A stretch of DNA of 64,000 nt. Source: a virus. Lineage: Duplodnaviria; Heunggongvirae; Uroviricota; Caudoviricetes. Positions 18,139-29,166 of the stretch are shown here, piece by piece. The stretch lies in IMG/VR virus record IMGVR_UViG_3300029702_000002. One strand, written 5' to 3'. The notes under the pieces are model-generated. The model did not search any database. It had not been told where the DNA came from and saw only the letters and a list, made by a program, of their open reading frames with translations. Numbering within the stretch: position 1 is the first letter of the stretch; each line of letters begins with the position of its first letter. The position numbers and the translations under genes were made by a program.

Positions 18139-21100
18139 TCAGTTACTTGTTGCCCCAACAGTACCTGCAAATTTCAGCCATTGACCTGACGGACTTCTAT
18201 TACTACGGTAGTGATAAACGAGGATTGCGTTTGTAACTCCACCGTAGTCAGCTTTATGTGACGTTGTTAAACGAATTGTATAATCACCGTTAGGTAGATT
18301 AAAAACTTCGATTATAGATTCTGCTAATTCTACAGCACCAAATCCCGTTATATTGTTGATACTGCCAGCATTGAATCCCATAGCATCGCCAAAGCCAATC
18401 CAATAACTTTTGCTAAACGCCCCATTTGATTTTAGGTGGCTAATGAATGCGGACAAGCTCATGCCCATATCCCCACCTGAAACAGAGGAAGTTCGCACAG
18501 TCATGCTTGGAAGAGCACTGCTCTTCACATAGGAACTTAGAAGGTTTGTTACCTCTGTTTTCGTGTAAGCATTAAGGTTAGCCGCAGTCAAAGTTATATC
18601 GGCAGAGCCATCAAACGCCACACCAGCAATTTTCCTTGCTGTCTGCAATTTTGTGGCGGTTGCGGCATTACCAGTAGTGTTCTGATTACCAGTTGTATTC
18701 ACACCAGGGATTGAATCCTTAGCGGTATATACCTGCGCCCACGCTGACCATGCCGCACCTGTGTTATCTCTTCGTGAGCGAATGAAAACTGGCGCATGTG
18801 CACCGCTCGTACCACTCCAGCCAATAAGCAACTCTCCCTCACCAGCAGCACTCGCACCTTTCATGTGCAATACGTTGCCATACATGGTCGGGTAGCTATT
18901 GTTGTACGCCTCATACATTTGAATGCCAGCAGTGCCTTGAGTAGAGCCGCTTAACGCCGTAACTCGGCCACGAGATACCAATGTATTAATATTGATATCG
19001 CCTGAACCATCAAACTTAACACCATTGATGTTTCTCGCTGTTTGCAACTTCGTAGCTGTTGAAGCATTACCGTTCAAACTACCATTTACGCCACCAGTCA
19101 CATTTAGTCCATTACCAATTGATACAGCACCGCTGGTATTATTAATTGTAATAGGTCGCAAACCGTTCCATGAACCTAATGTGTCTCCTGATGCTGTTAG
19201 CATGAAATATGTGTTCGATCCATCATTACGGATAAAGAACCCAAAGCTACCGTAAGCAATGCGGAAACCATTTGCATATTTTGAAATGATCTCGCCAGAA
19301 GATGTCAAACCTCCAGATAATGTACCACCGGTAAGAGGTAATGCACCGACATCAGAGGCTGTTGGTTTGTTTTTCGTGTTATATACTCTTCGCCATCCTG
19401 GAGAATAATCTGTGCCATTAAATACATAGATAAACTCCGCATTAGTGAGAGCACCGGAAACACTTGTCGTTGTGGCCGTTGTTATGCGGATCGTATAATT
19501 ATTTGAACTACTACCGTTATTAAATACTTCTATAACAGCTCCTGCCAATGGAATAACGCCACAACCAGTTTCACTATTTGGTATGGTTGCGCTATTGGCA
19601 TAGGCCCACGCACATCGAGCAATCCATGCCTTTGTGTTAAAGGCTCCATTATTTTGCAATAACGTCACTAACTGGGCTGTTGTTATTGCTCCGCCATTAC
19701 TTCCTGTAGTTAACCAACCAGTAGGAGATGCTGGGCAACCTATATTTGCTGGTGACAAGGAAATATTTGCCGAACCGTCAAACGACACCCCATTAATAGT
19801 ACGCGCAGTCTGCAACTTCGTAGCAGTAGCCGCATTACCTGTTGTATTCTGATTACCAGTCGTATTAACACCTGGCAAATTAATATTTGCAGTACCATCA
19901 AAGCTCACGCCGCCGATAGTTCTTGCCGTCTGTAGTTTTGTAGCAGTTGCGGCATTACCAGTGGTGTTCTGATTACCCGTAGTGTTTACACCTGGAAGAT
20001 TAATATTGGCAGAACCGTCGAAACCAACTCCACCGATAGATCTTGCCGTCTGTAATTTCGTTGCTGTAGCAGCATTTCCTGAAAGACTTGAAATAAATGG
20101 ATGTGAACAGTAATAACCTCGTCCATTTTTAAAGTCCAAAATTATCTGTGCATTCGTACTTTCTGATAAAGGATCAGTTGCCCCCCACTTATAAGTGGTT
20201 TGACCAACTGCATAATCAGCCGTTGGAACAATCACATTTAATCCTTCCTCAGCAAAAATCTGGATAGGGAATGCTCTTGTCTCAACGTAAAATACACTAC
20301 ACAAATCATCATCTTTCACGCTTGCGATAATCGAGTGTATAGATCGTTCAACGGTTGAATATATTGAGAAAAAACCAACAGCATATGAACCGCGATCAGA
20401 CCAACCGCCCGGCATAACAAAACCATTAAACTCACAATTATTCATAGCGTATCCGCCAGCTGAGGAATAAGTGGTGATAACCACTCGTGAGGCTAATTCA
20501 TCTGTGCCACCACCAGTTCGGCGAAAGACTACAGGATACCACTTACCGCTTACTGCATTTGCAGGAGCAGAGAAAGTGTATTTTCGCATCCCCTTTTTCT
20601 TATCCACTTCACCTTTGCTGTAAACATTAATGTTATTCAGGAAGCGGCCCTTGTCGGGGATATCAGCACCATTCTGATCCTTCTGTAGTCTTTTTTCAGC
20701 ATTATCATATGCGGCCTTAACTGCTTTTGGCGTTGCGGCCAGCGATTCACTGGTGCTATCGACAGCACTGCTAAGTTTCACAACACCTTTAGTTGTAAGG
20801 CTTGCGTCTTCCATCGCAACTGCACCGGCAATCTCTTCAGCACGATCAGCAGCAGCTTCCGCACGGGTCGCAGCGGATTCAGCAGCAGTTTTGCTCTGAG
20901 ATGCTGCCGTCGCACTGCCTGCCGCCTCTGTTGCTTTCGTGGATGCTGTCGTGGCGCTGCCCTTCGCTGCGGACGCTTGTCTGGTCGCCTCATCTTTTGA
21001 AGCAGACGCCGATGATGCCGATGACGCTGCCGAACTGGCGGACGATGCGGCTGCCGTTTTTGAGGATTCTGCACGGGTTTCCGACGCTTTCGCGTTCGTT

Positions 21101-22176
21101 TCGGATGTCTTCGCTGCGGAAGCAGACCTCGCTGCTGCGCTGGCCTGTTCAGTGGCTTCGCCAGCCTTCGTTGTGGCTGTTGAAGCAGACGATGCGGCAC
21201 TTTCTGCCGATTTTCCGGCGGCGGTGGCACTGGCTGAGGCCTGCCCGGCACTTGTTGACGCGGCACTGGCAGACGACGCAGCCGCTGTTTTTGAGCCTGC
21301 CGCAGCCGAAGCGCTCTGTCCCGCTGCCGTTTCAGAAGACCTGGCGTTCGTCTCGGACGTTTTTGCCGCCTTCGCGGAATTTCCTGCCGCCGTTGCCGAG
21401 GAAGCGGCATTACTGGCGCTCGAGGCTGCGCTCGTTTCTGATGATTTCGCTGCCTCTTTTGAGGCCGCCGCATCCCGGGCTGAGGTGGCAGCTTCTGACG
21501 CTTTCGTGGTCGCGGTGGATGCAGAAGTGGCTGCTGATTGTTGTGACGCTGCGGCATTCGTTTCAGATTTTTTCGCAGCAGTTGCACTCGCACTTGCGGC
21601 ACTTTGTGAGGATGCCGCAGCGGATGCACTTTGAGACGCTTGAGAGGCTTTTTCTCCAGCGGTATTGGCGCTTTCTGCTGCTGCGGCAGCACTGGCCGCC
21701 GCCTCACGAGCTTTGTCGCCAGCAGCATCAATCGCGTCAGTGTTATTTTTATACCACTCAACGTTTTCGTTGTGCTCGTTGACGATCTGCATTAGCGGCT
21801 TAACGGTTACTTCTGTACCGTCTTCACGCTCGATTGTCACCTCATCCAGAGCAGTCAACCAACTGCGCATAGACTTGGAATCAGCCGACATACGCGACAT
21901 TAGTGCTGTAAAGCGCGCGCTAAACTGTGTTAAGTCGCCTTCATAGGTCGTAATGATTCGGCACGGAACCTCAGACTGAGTTTCGCCGGTATAAGGTTCT
22001 GAGAGAACAATATTCGTATCGCTTATTACGCGCTTGATCTCATACAGCTTATTGTCGGGGCCAATGACGATCATCCCCGGCAACACACCATTAGCTGTTA
22101 CGTTCCAGGCTGTCCCTGCCCCAACCAGAGTATTGCTACCCTGTGTAAATGTGATAGTACCTTCCCTGTACCACAT
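18139..22176 (-). CDS. Tail fibre protein (1345 aa)
   Basis: Long Ala/Ser-rich low-complexity region followed by at least 5 copies of NTTGNAATATKLQTAR..GV.FDGSA fibre repeat. Confidence 0.9.
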   Translation of the reverse strand: MWYREGTITFTQGSNTLVGAGTAWNVTANGVLPGMIVIGPDNKLYEIKRVISDTNIVLSEPYTGETQSEVPCRIITTYEGDLTQFSARFTALMSRMSADSKSMRSWLTALDEVTIEREDGTEVTVKPLMQIVNEHNENVEWYKNNTDAIDAAGDKAREAAASAAAAAESANTAGEKASQASQSASAAASSQSAASASATAAKKSETNAAASQQSAATSASTATTKASEAATSARDAAASKEAAKSSETSAASSASNAASSATAAGNSAKAAKTSETNARSSETAAGQSASAAAGSKTAAASSASAASTSAGQASASATAAGKSAESAASSASTATTKAGEATEQASAAARSASAAKTSETNAKASETRAESSKTAAASSASSAASSASSASASKDEATRQASAAKGSATTASTKATEAAGSATAASQSKTAAESAATRAEAAADRAEEIAGAVAMEDASLTTKGVVKLSSAVDSTSESLAATPKAVKAAYDNAEKRLQKDQNGADIPDKGRFLNNINVYSKGEVDKKKGMRKYTFSAPANAVSGKWYPVVFRRTGGGTDELASRVVITTYSSAGGYAMNNCEFNGFVMPGGWSDRGSYAVGFFSIYSTVERSIHSIIASVKDDDLCSVFYVETRAFPIQIFAEEGLNVIVPTADYAVGQTTYKWGATDPLSESTNAQIILDFKNGRGYYCSHPFISSLSGNAATATKLQTARSIGGVGFDGSANINLPGVNTTGNQNTTGNAATATKLQTARTIGGVSFDGTANINLPGVNTTGNQNTTGNAATATKLQTARTINGVSFDGSANISLSPANIGCPASPTGWLTTGSNGGAITTAQLVTLLQNNGAFNTKAWIARCAWAYANSATIPNSETGCGVIPLAGAVIEVFNNGSSSNNYTIRITTATTTSVSGALTNAEFIYVFNGTDYSPGWRRVYNTKNKPTASDVGALPLTGGTLSGGLTSSGEIISKYANGFRIAYGSFGFFIRNDGSNTYFMLTASGDTLGSWNGLRPITINNTSGAVSIGNGLNVTGGVNGSLNGNASTATKLQTARNINGVKFDGSGDININTLVSRGRVTALSGSTQGTAGIQMYEAYNNSYPTMYGNVLHMKGASAAGEGELLIGWSGTSGAHAPVFIRSRRDNTGAAWSAWAQVYTAKDSIPGVNTTGNQNTTGNAATATKLQTARKIAGVAFDGSADITLTAANLNAYTKTEVTNLLSSYVKSSALPSMTVRTSSVSGGDMGMSLSAFISHLKSNGAFSKSYWIGFGDAMGFNAGSINNITGFGAVELAESIIEVFNLPNGDYTIRLTTSHKADYGGVTNAILVYHYRSNRSPSGQWLKFAGTVGATSN

Positions 22177-22269
22177 GTTGAATATGCTCCTTGATTTGGC
22201 GGGTTATCCTTGCCCGCCATTAAGTAAATACTTACCTATTTTTACCGATATAAAATTTTTTTTCCACCA

Positions 22270-25200
22270 TCACAGACGGCCAATTCTTACTCGTAGGACG
22301 TTGTTATCGTCATAAACGTCAATCCGCTGACCATTTATAACCAATCGCCCATTGCCGCCGCTATTACCGTTGATCTCAAGCGTTCCATTTTTGCCGAACC
22401 GCCATCCAGATCTACCGCTAACAAAATTGGTAGATTGCAGATCGCCTACTTTTGCATTGGTGATTGTGCCATCCTTGATATACGCTCCATTCATATAGGC
22501 GATACTGTTTTCGATAACAAATGGCGTTGTGATCTTCCCGTTAACAGAGTTGACCAAACCAAACCTGTCCGCCTGAACCAAAAACTGAGATAGCCCAGTG
22601 GTGTCAATACCAAGCGCAATACCGGCAACATACTTCTGCCCTCCGCTCGTTGAAGTCTCCATTTTCAACGTCCACGCGGTTGACACTTTTTTGTTGGTAT
22701 CAGCAATAGCTGTTGCCTGCTGTTGAATTGTCGCGGTATTTCCATCCACCTCTGCTTTCAGAGTATCGATTCGCCCACTTAGAGCATTATCTGCCTGCGT
22801 TCTCGCTGTCGTTTCAGTTGTGACCGCCGCAGAAATGTTGGCTGCTGTTTGAGACTCTAAGTTTGTGATTTGGGTCGCCAATGCCGCATCTTGCTCTGTA
22901 CGCGTTTTCGTTTCGGTTGCCACAGCCGCTTTAATATCCTCTTTGTATTGAGAGGTCAGCTTGGTGATCTGAGATGACAACGCCGAGTCAGCATCAGTTC
23001 GAGCCTGCGTTTCCACTGCAACGGCCGCACTAATATCTTTCGCAGTCTGTGCTTTTAAACTTGAAACCTCTTTTGTTAAAGCGGTATCACCATCTGCACG
23101 AGCCGTTGTTTCTTTGGCAAGAGACGCCTCGAGATCATTAGCTTTTGCTGTAAGAGATGTAATCTGGCTGGACAATGCACTATCGGCGTCAGTCCTTGCC
23201 TTTGTCTCTACAGCAACGGCTGCGGCAATGTCAGTTCCGGTCTGCGCCCGCAGGCTGTTAATTTCTCGTGAGAGCGCCTCGTCAGCACTTGCTCTGGCCT
23301 CCTGCTCCTGAGTGATGGCGGCTGATATATCACCGTCAACCTTTGCTTGAAGCTGGTTTATTTGTTTAGCTAACGCAGAGTCTCCGCTCGCACGAGCCTC
23401 CTGCTCACTGCGTATTGCAGCAGAAATATCATCATCAACTTTTGCCTGAAGTTGGGTGATCTGGCTTGCCAGAGCCGAATCTTCCGTTGCTCGGGCTTCT
23501 TGCTCTTCCTTAATGGCTGCGACAATATCGTTGCTTACTTTCGACTCAAGCTGAGTTATTTGTTTCGTCAAAGCTTCATCGGCAGATGTACGAGCCTCCT
23601 GTTCTGTACTAATCGCCGCGCTGATATCTCCTTCAAACTTAGATTGCAGCTGAGTGACACGCTTTGCCAACGCTTCATCGCCATCGGCACGAGCGGTGGA
23701 CTCTTCCAGAATACTGGCCTTAATGTCTTCGCCAATTTCTACGCGAATTTCTTCAACCTTCGTAGCCATTGCAGACATATCATCAGCAAAGGTTTTCTGT
23801 GTTGTTGCGATCTTCGCGTTATTGACCATCTGCTTGTGCTGGTCTTCATCTTGACGAAGAGCCAGGTCAATATTTGTTTTGGCTAACGCCTCAATGTTCG
23901 TAGTCAGTTCTGCACTTGCACGATCGACCTCTGCAACCGTCTTTTTCATTTCTTCAACGGCAGCGGAGCTTTCCTCTACCGTTGACTGCAACACTTCCAG
24001 TTGTTTAGCGTTTGCAGCATCGCCTTCAACACGAGCCTCGCTTTCCTTAGCAATAAGAGCCGCCGCTTCATCTCTTGCAGCCTTTATTGCCTCGACTGTA
24101 TTAGCGAGAGCTTTATCGTGTTCAGATACGGTATTTTCGATTTCAACAATTGCAGCATCAGTAGCATCAATTTTTTCAAACGCTTCATTGACCTTGTCGA
24201 TCGTTGCCGAAACCTCACCTTTAAGCTCGGTTTGTGCGTTCTCCAAAGCATCGCTACGCTCGTTGAATTTTATTTCAAAATCCGCGAGGTTATCGCTGAA
24301 CTGCTTATCTAATTCAGCTATATCTTCCTTAACGTCGTTTACCGCCCCCTCCAAAGATTCGACGCTCTGGTTGATATGCTCATTTAACTCGTCAACGGCT
24401 TCTTGAGAGGCTTTGCTGTTGATGTCCTCAAGCAGAGCCTGACCAAGCTCGGAAGATGTAATTTTGCCAGTCAGGAACGACAGTACATCGCGAGTTGTCG
24501 CCTCTGTACCCAAGTTTGAGTTCGGAGGACTTAACATACCTCGCTTGTTCGATGCTCGAACCCAGTAATACCACGTTTCGCTATCCCCAAGACCAGCATG
24601 TGTAAAGGTGGTGCTTGCAGACTCTGCGATCAGTTTCGCCGTATCCAGATTATTGGTCTGGGACGCGTAAACATTAATGTGATCAAGGTCTACCGAATCT
24701 GGATTAACCCAATTCAGTATCACATTACGATAGTCTCCAACGGCCGTTAATGACGTTGGGGCATCTGGCGGTGTCATTGTGCCCAGCACCTGATAAACGG
24801 TACTGATAATCTCTGTTTTTTTACCGTTGAATGAAACCGCATACAGCTGGAAGTCGTAGCGTCCATTCTCCGCAACATTAACGATTTCGTATTGCTCTTC
24901 GGTTACACGCGCCGATTGCCAGTTCGATACATTGTTTTCATCAGAACGTCGCCAACTGATCCAATACTCTGGAGATTTCCCTTCCCATGTTGCAGTCAGT
25001 TTTACTGACAGGTTGCCAGGGCTTGAGAGATAAGTCCCTTCGGTGATTTGCAAATTAGACGGCTTGGAGTAAGTCGGGTCCAATACCGTCGTATTTTGCG
25101 GGATAAGCGTTGCACCATTGTCGATCGCCTCATATTTAGACGGATTGTTCTCAACAGCGGTGATGTCAAAGCTACCCGGCGTTTCCCCCTGCGCGATGTT

Positions 25201-27003
25201 AACGATGCGAACGCGCATAGGTTCGAGGTCTGGTTCTGTAATAGTCCAGACGCCGTTCAAAACAGGCGTTTCAGCCGAAGACAGGGCTTTTGAAAACGTA
25301 ACTTTTGTTATATTTTCGCCAGTTTCAAGAACATCGCGTTCAACGATTTTGCCTTCCTGATTCAGTATTCGAATAAAGCAGCCGCCTTTGGCTAACGACA
25401 CAGGCGCATCGAGTGTGACGCTGTTTTTGGTAAACGCCACAATTCGACCTGAGTTACGTTTGCCTGCGCGATATTTGTTCTGAATCAGAACGGTTTCACC
25501 AGGCATCAGAAATGACGCGTCTAAGCCGGCAGTAAATGTAATTACATCCGACTCCATTCTGGCGGTATATAAAAGCCATAAACCAACTCGGTGAGCCTGC
25601 CCTCGGCTTGTACAGCCAAATGCTACGACTTCTGTCTTACGCTCACCATAACGGCGCATTGCGTCCTGATCTTCAACGTACTCGATGTTTTGCTTATAAC
25701 CGTCCTCCTTGTTGTTGTAGGTTACGAGCGCAACGGATGGGCGATCTTTACGCGCAGAACCTTTATAGGTAAACAATCCATCTTTGACGTTAGAGTTGGT
25801 AAACATCATTACCGGATCTGATGGGCTATCCTGCATGATGTTAACCATCCCACCAGCCCAAAACACCATGCCGCGGAATGCTCCAGCAATATCCTGAATT
25901 AGCCGGTATGCGTCCTGTCGACTGGTGATCTGCGTATTGATTGCAAAGCGTTTCTCTTTGCCACCAAAGCCATCATCGACCTCTTCGTCACAATATCGAC
26001 CAATCTGGTACAACTGGCCAAGGTCAATCATAGATTCCGACACATACTGACCAAGGCCATATCGAGCATTGGTCAGCAAATCAAAGAGAATCCACGCGGG
26101 GTTCGAAGAAGACAACAGCTTAAAAGTACCATCCCATACCCCAGCGTAAGTGTTACTTGACTCGTTATAGTTTGAAGGTACTCGAATTTTTAGGCCACGC
26201 ACCAGATAAGAGCGAGATGGCATGGTGCTGCCGAATTGCTCAGAGTTTACCTTCAATCCAACCAAAACAGAGTTTGGATAGTTCATCGGTGTATCGACAA
26301 TTTCCCCGATTGAATCCACCCATGTATCGTTATAGAGATACTGGCTACTGTTATCATCGGTAATACGGACTACACGAACCTTGTATGCGCGTCCAGGCTT
26401 AGGCAGCTTAAGCTCGTAGCTACGGTAATAAACGCCGGTCTTCTTTGCTGTTAGCTTAATGCCAACGCTTTTTTCACCTTCCGCGACCACATCTACAAAT
26501 GTTGAGTCGCCATTTGCTATCTGGAACTTGTACTCAACAGTCGTACCGTTCGTGTCACCAGTTTTTTTATCTATGCTTCGCAAAGAAGGAAACTTCATGA
26601 TGACACGAACCCGATCAGCTTCATCGTTATCGATTGAAACCGTTACATAATGTGTTTTTTTTAACTGGATATTGACGGATTTAGGCGTTTCAACGAAATC
26701 AAAGCCAGACATTGGAGTCTGGTCTTGTGAACCGTCGCGAAAATCCCATGTGATTCCGCTGAAGTTGGAGGAACCGTCTTCATTTACAATCGGCAGATCG
26801 TCGATAAAAATAGATCTTGCGCCATTTACTAAGCCGCCAATTACCCCTTCCCCAAGAAGATCGAGGATAGCGGCCATTGCACGAGAATTTACGGTATCGT
26901 CGGCTTCAACCGGTGTACGGCTGGAGCTTTTGCTGCTTTTTTTACCACCCGCACCGGCAATAAACAGCGGTAGCTTTTTCTTCTTGAACTGTTCCATGTT
27001 CAA
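22270..27003 (-). CDS. Tail tip/host specificity protein, lambda J-like (1577 aa)
   Basis: N-terminal two-thirds aligns by eye with lambda J (NPAWILFDLLTNARYGLG, SYLVRGL); C-terminal third has about 10 tandem coiled-coil repeats (ISAAI..EQEARA.ADEAL...ITQLQ.KV). Confidence 0.9.
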   Translation of the reverse strand: MNMEQFKKKKLPLFIAGAGGKKSSKSSSRTPVEADDTVNSRAMAAILDLLGEGVIGGLVNGARSIFIDDLPIVNEDGSSNFSGITWDFRDGSQDQTPMSGFDFVETPKSVNIQLKKTHYVTVSIDNDEADRVRVIMKFPSLRSIDKKTGDTNGTTVEYKFQIANGDSTFVDVVAEGEKSVGIKLTAKKTGVYYRSYELKLPKPGRAYKVRVVRITDDNSSQYLYNDTWVDSIGEIVDTPMNYPNSVLVGLKVNSEQFGSTMPSRSYLVRGLKIRVPSNYNESSNTYAGVWDGTFKLLSSSNPAWILFDLLTNARYGLGQYVSESMIDLGQLYQIGRYCDEEVDDGFGGKEKRFAINTQITSRQDAYRLIQDIAGAFRGMVFWAGGMVNIMQDSPSDPVMMFTNSNVKDGLFTYKGSARKDRPSVALVTYNNKEDGYKQNIEYVEDQDAMRRYGERKTEVVAFGCTSRGQAHRVGLWLLYTARMESDVITFTAGLDASFLMPGETVLIQNKYRAGKRNSGRIVAFTKNSVTLDAPVSLAKGGCFIRILNQEGKIVERDVLETGENITKVTFSKALSSAETPVLNGVWTITEPDLEPMRVRIVNIAQGETPGSFDITAVENNPSKYEAIDNGATLIPQNTTVLDPTYSKPSNLQITEGTYLSSPGNLSVKLTATWEGKSPEYWISWRRSDENNVSNWQSARVTEEQYEIVNVAENGRYDFQLYAVSFNGKKTEIISTVYQVLGTMTPPDAPTSLTAVGDYRNVILNWVNPDSVDLDHINVYASQTNNLDTAKLIAESASTTFTHAGLGDSETWYYWVRASNKRGMLSPPNSNLGTEATTRDVLSFLTGKITSSELGQALLEDINSKASQEAVDELNEHINQSVESLEGAVNDVKEDIAELDKQFSDNLADFEIKFNERSDALENAQTELKGEVSATIDKVNEAFEKIDATDAAIVEIENTVSEHDKALANTVEAIKAARDEAAALIAKESEARVEGDAANAKQLEVLQSTVEESSAAVEEMKKTVAEVDRASAELTTNIEALAKTNIDLALRQDEDQHKQMVNNAKIATTQKTFADDMSAMATKVEEIRVEIGEDIKASILEESTARADGDEALAKRVTQLQSKFEGDISAAISTEQEARTSADEALTKQITQLESKVSNDIVAAIKEEQEARATEDSALASQITQLQAKVDDDISAAIRSEQEARASGDSALAKQINQLQAKVDGDISAAITQEQEARASADEALSREINSLRAQTGTDIAAAVAVETKARTDADSALSSQITSLTAKANDLEASLAKETTARADGDTALTKEVSSLKAQTAKDISAAVAVETQARTDADSALSSQITKLTSQYKEDIKAAVATETKTRTEQDAALATQITNLESQTAANISAAVTTETTARTQADNALSGRIDTLKAEVDGNTATIQQQATAIADTNKKVSTAWTLKMETSTSGGQKYVAGIALGIDTTGLSQFLVQADRFGLVNSVNGKITTPFVIENSIAYMNGAYIKDGTITNAKVGDLQSTNFVSGRSGWRFGKNGTLEINGNSGGNGRLVINGQRIDVYDDNNVLRVRIGRL

Positions 27004-27014
27004 AAAATCCTTGT

Positions 27015-27608
27015 TTACATTAGCTGGTCAATCGTGATTGAAGAACTCACAACCTGTGAGCCAACCAGAATTTCCTCGCCATAGATAAGTTGTACTGGGT
27101 TGCCCTGGTTTTCTGTATTTTGAGGGCCGTCGAAATAATAAGAGTTCGAGTTATCTGCCTGTCTCACACTTTCGTTAGTGGCTTGCGGCGATATGATTTG
27201 TGATATGCCGCCCATCATCAGTGACAAACCGAGAGGTGCTAAAGCAGGCATCACTACCGCCGATACAACCAACAAAGCGGCCCCTACTACCGTCTGAAAC
27301 CACCCAAAAGCAGATCCACCGCTTCCTCGCGGAACAGGTGTAATGCGGATTTTGGCAATGTTGTCAGACTGCCCCATCATCTGATATTCACTTTCGTCAA
27401 CAGACCACTTGTGGCCCTGTTTATTGGTGATCTGGATGTGGTAACTGTCATAGGTTTTGATATTGCGCTTCATCCATGCTTTAAACCCAGGCTTGTTGGC
27501 TTCAATTAAATCCAGAGCCTGTTTTGTATTGCGCACCTTTAGATGCCAGTGGCGACCAAAATGTTTAGCCATAGGTCCGCCAAGCTGCACATGAACTAAC
27601 TCAGACAC
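27015..27608 (-). CDS. Tail assembly protein, lambda I-like
   Basis: Position between K-like and J-like genes; RITPVPRGSGG motif and C-terminal hydrophobic segment. Confidence 0.75.
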   Translation of the reverse strand: MSELVHVQLGGPMAKHFGRHWHLKVRNTKQALDLIEANKPGFKAWMKRNIKTYDSYHIQITNKQGHKWSVDESEYQMMGQSDNIAKIRITPVPRGSGGSAFGWFQTVVGAALLVVSAVVMPALAPLGLSLMMGGISQIISPQATNESVRQADNSNSYYFDGPQNTENQGNPVQLIYGEEILVGSQVVSSSITIDQLM

Positions 27609-28420
27609 GTCTCATCTCCCTTGAGCAAGTCTCTGTGACGCAAGTGATGCGTCGTATGTTTCTGATACATTCCGCCGTAATAAGCACGACAACTAAGACG
27701 GTCGATCTGGTGATGAAGAATCATTCCATCGCCGATATAAACCGCGCAGTGATCTGGCATTTTCCCGTATTGAATAAAGAAGACGTCCCCACGTTGAGGC
27801 TCTGTTCCAGGCGCAAGCCGTACCAACCCTTCGTTTCGGTAGTTCTGGTCGAGAATGTCGTTATCGCCGGTGTACCACGATGGAATATGCAGGTGTGCGT
27901 TCGGGTTAAGCTCGACGTTAAACTCACGCTTCAAATAGTCCCGACACAACATCCAGCAATCGAATACGCCAAATACATACGGTCTACCCAGGTATGGCAT
28001 TTCGAAACCATCAGGTGTGATCACATTCATCTCGCTAAAATGGAAAGGGGCATCTCCCTCAACATTCTTGCGAATAGCCAGAATCATCCACGGAACTTCC
28101 GTCGCTTCACAGCCTGCACGATCGGCATCAGATGCTTCTGCTGATTCATCAGTATGTGAATGCCAGATTGCGATTACGTCACCTGCATCCTCTGCCGCTA
28201 TAATGTCGTCAACGTGCATTACAAAAGTGTTCTGCGGGTTCTCCGAAACATTTCGCGCTTCCATAAAGCGATATTTGTCGCCATTAGTTCTCACCAGAAA
28301 GCCACACGCTTCATTAGGGTAGCGATTTATGGCGCAGAGATAGATTTGCTGCATAACATCAGAGCCAAGCTCAGGGATTGCTTTATTACCCATATCGCGT
28401 AGCTCCAATAAACCCGCCAA
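27596..28420 (-). CDS. Tail assembly protein, lambda K-like (JAB/MPN + NlpC/P60)
   Basis: EACGFLV...AIWHSHTD JAB motif and Cys/His NlpC-like C-terminus, similar to lambda K. Confidence 0.8.
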   Translation of the reverse strand: MAGLLELRDMGNKAIPELGSDVMQQIYLCAINRYPNEACGFLVRTNGDKYRFMEARNVSENPQNTFVMHVDDIIAAEDAGDVIAIWHSHTDESAEASDADRAGCEATEVPWMILAIRKNVEGDAPFHFSEMNVITPDGFEMPYLGRPYVFGVFDCWMLCRDYLKREFNVELNPNAHLHIPSWYTGDNDILDQNYRNEGLVRLAPGTEPQRGDVFFIQYGKMPDHCAVYIGDGMILHHQIDRLSCRAYYGGMYQKHTTHHLRHRDLLKGDETCLS

Positions 28421-29084
28421 AATGGATCACTCCGTTGGCAAAATAATTCCGACGCGCATTACAGGCGTCATAACGTTTTGTGCAGTAATCAGCACCAGAC
28501 ATAGACGTCTGCTGGTTATTTTTGTCGAAATATGGACCGGTATAGCCGCATTCTGGCCCTCGGTATTTCCACGGGCAGGTGTTTTTAATGATCTGACGAT
28601 ACGGCAGTTGCACCCCCATCAAATCGAACACACTGGACAACTCAAACTCGACAACCTGATGAGTTTCGAGCGTTTTCTGTTCGATAAACCACATTTCATC
28701 CGGGAAATGTTGGTTTGGATCTGCTGTTGGATTACCGTCTTTAAAATTAACGGCATCGAGGAAGCGAGCCAGCGTCATCTTGCGAATAATGCGGCAGCCA
28801 ACAAGATCGTCGTTTGCCTGAACTTCCGCAGAGACGGTTCCGGCAAAGTTCGATACCTGAATTTTTGGACGTGGCAACGTTCCCTGGCCCGTTTTGTCAA
28901 AGCCTGATGCTTTGATTGGCCACGGCTCGTATGTCACTCCTTGCCAGACGACCGGTTGCATCAGTTCGTTTGTTCCGGCGTGGAAGAATAGCTTCCCCCC
29001 TGAAGTTGTGTTCGACATATCCAGTACGAACAACTCAATGAGTGCAGAGGGAGATAAGCTCTGAATATCAGCTTTAATTCCCAT
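28386..29084 (-). CDS. Minor tail protein, lambda L-like
   Basis: ARFLDAVNF and RGPECGYTGP motifs match lambda L; start set at ATG 29084 with AAGGA site (longer ORF to 29117 runs into hairpin). Confidence 0.8.
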   Translation of the reverse strand: MGIKADIQSLSPSALIELFVLDMSNTTSGGKLFFHAGTNELMQPVVWQGVTYEPWPIKASGFDKTGQGTLPRPKIQVSNFAGTVSAEVQANDDLVGCRIIRKMTLARFLDAVNFKDGNPTADPNQHFPDEMWFIEQKTLETHQVVEFELSSVFDLMGVQLPYRQIIKNTCPWKYRGPECGYTGPYFDKNNQQTSMSGADYCTKRYDACNARRNYFANGVIHFGGFIGATRYG

Positions 29085-29166
29085 TGTTTCATCCTTGAAA
29101 TAAGTAGGCGCTAACATCCTGTCAGCGCCACAATGATAGTAAATTAGTACTTACTTATCCAGATAC

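Noticed and set aside
20778-21782. Long ORFs on both strands inside the tail fibre gene (20778-21761 minus, 20802-21782 plus, 20939-21634 plus) with Pro/Arg/Gln-rich or Ala/Asp-rich products
   Set aside because: They are alternative-frame readings of the GC-rich Ala/Ser low-complexity region of the fibre gene; compositionally driven, no independent start signals
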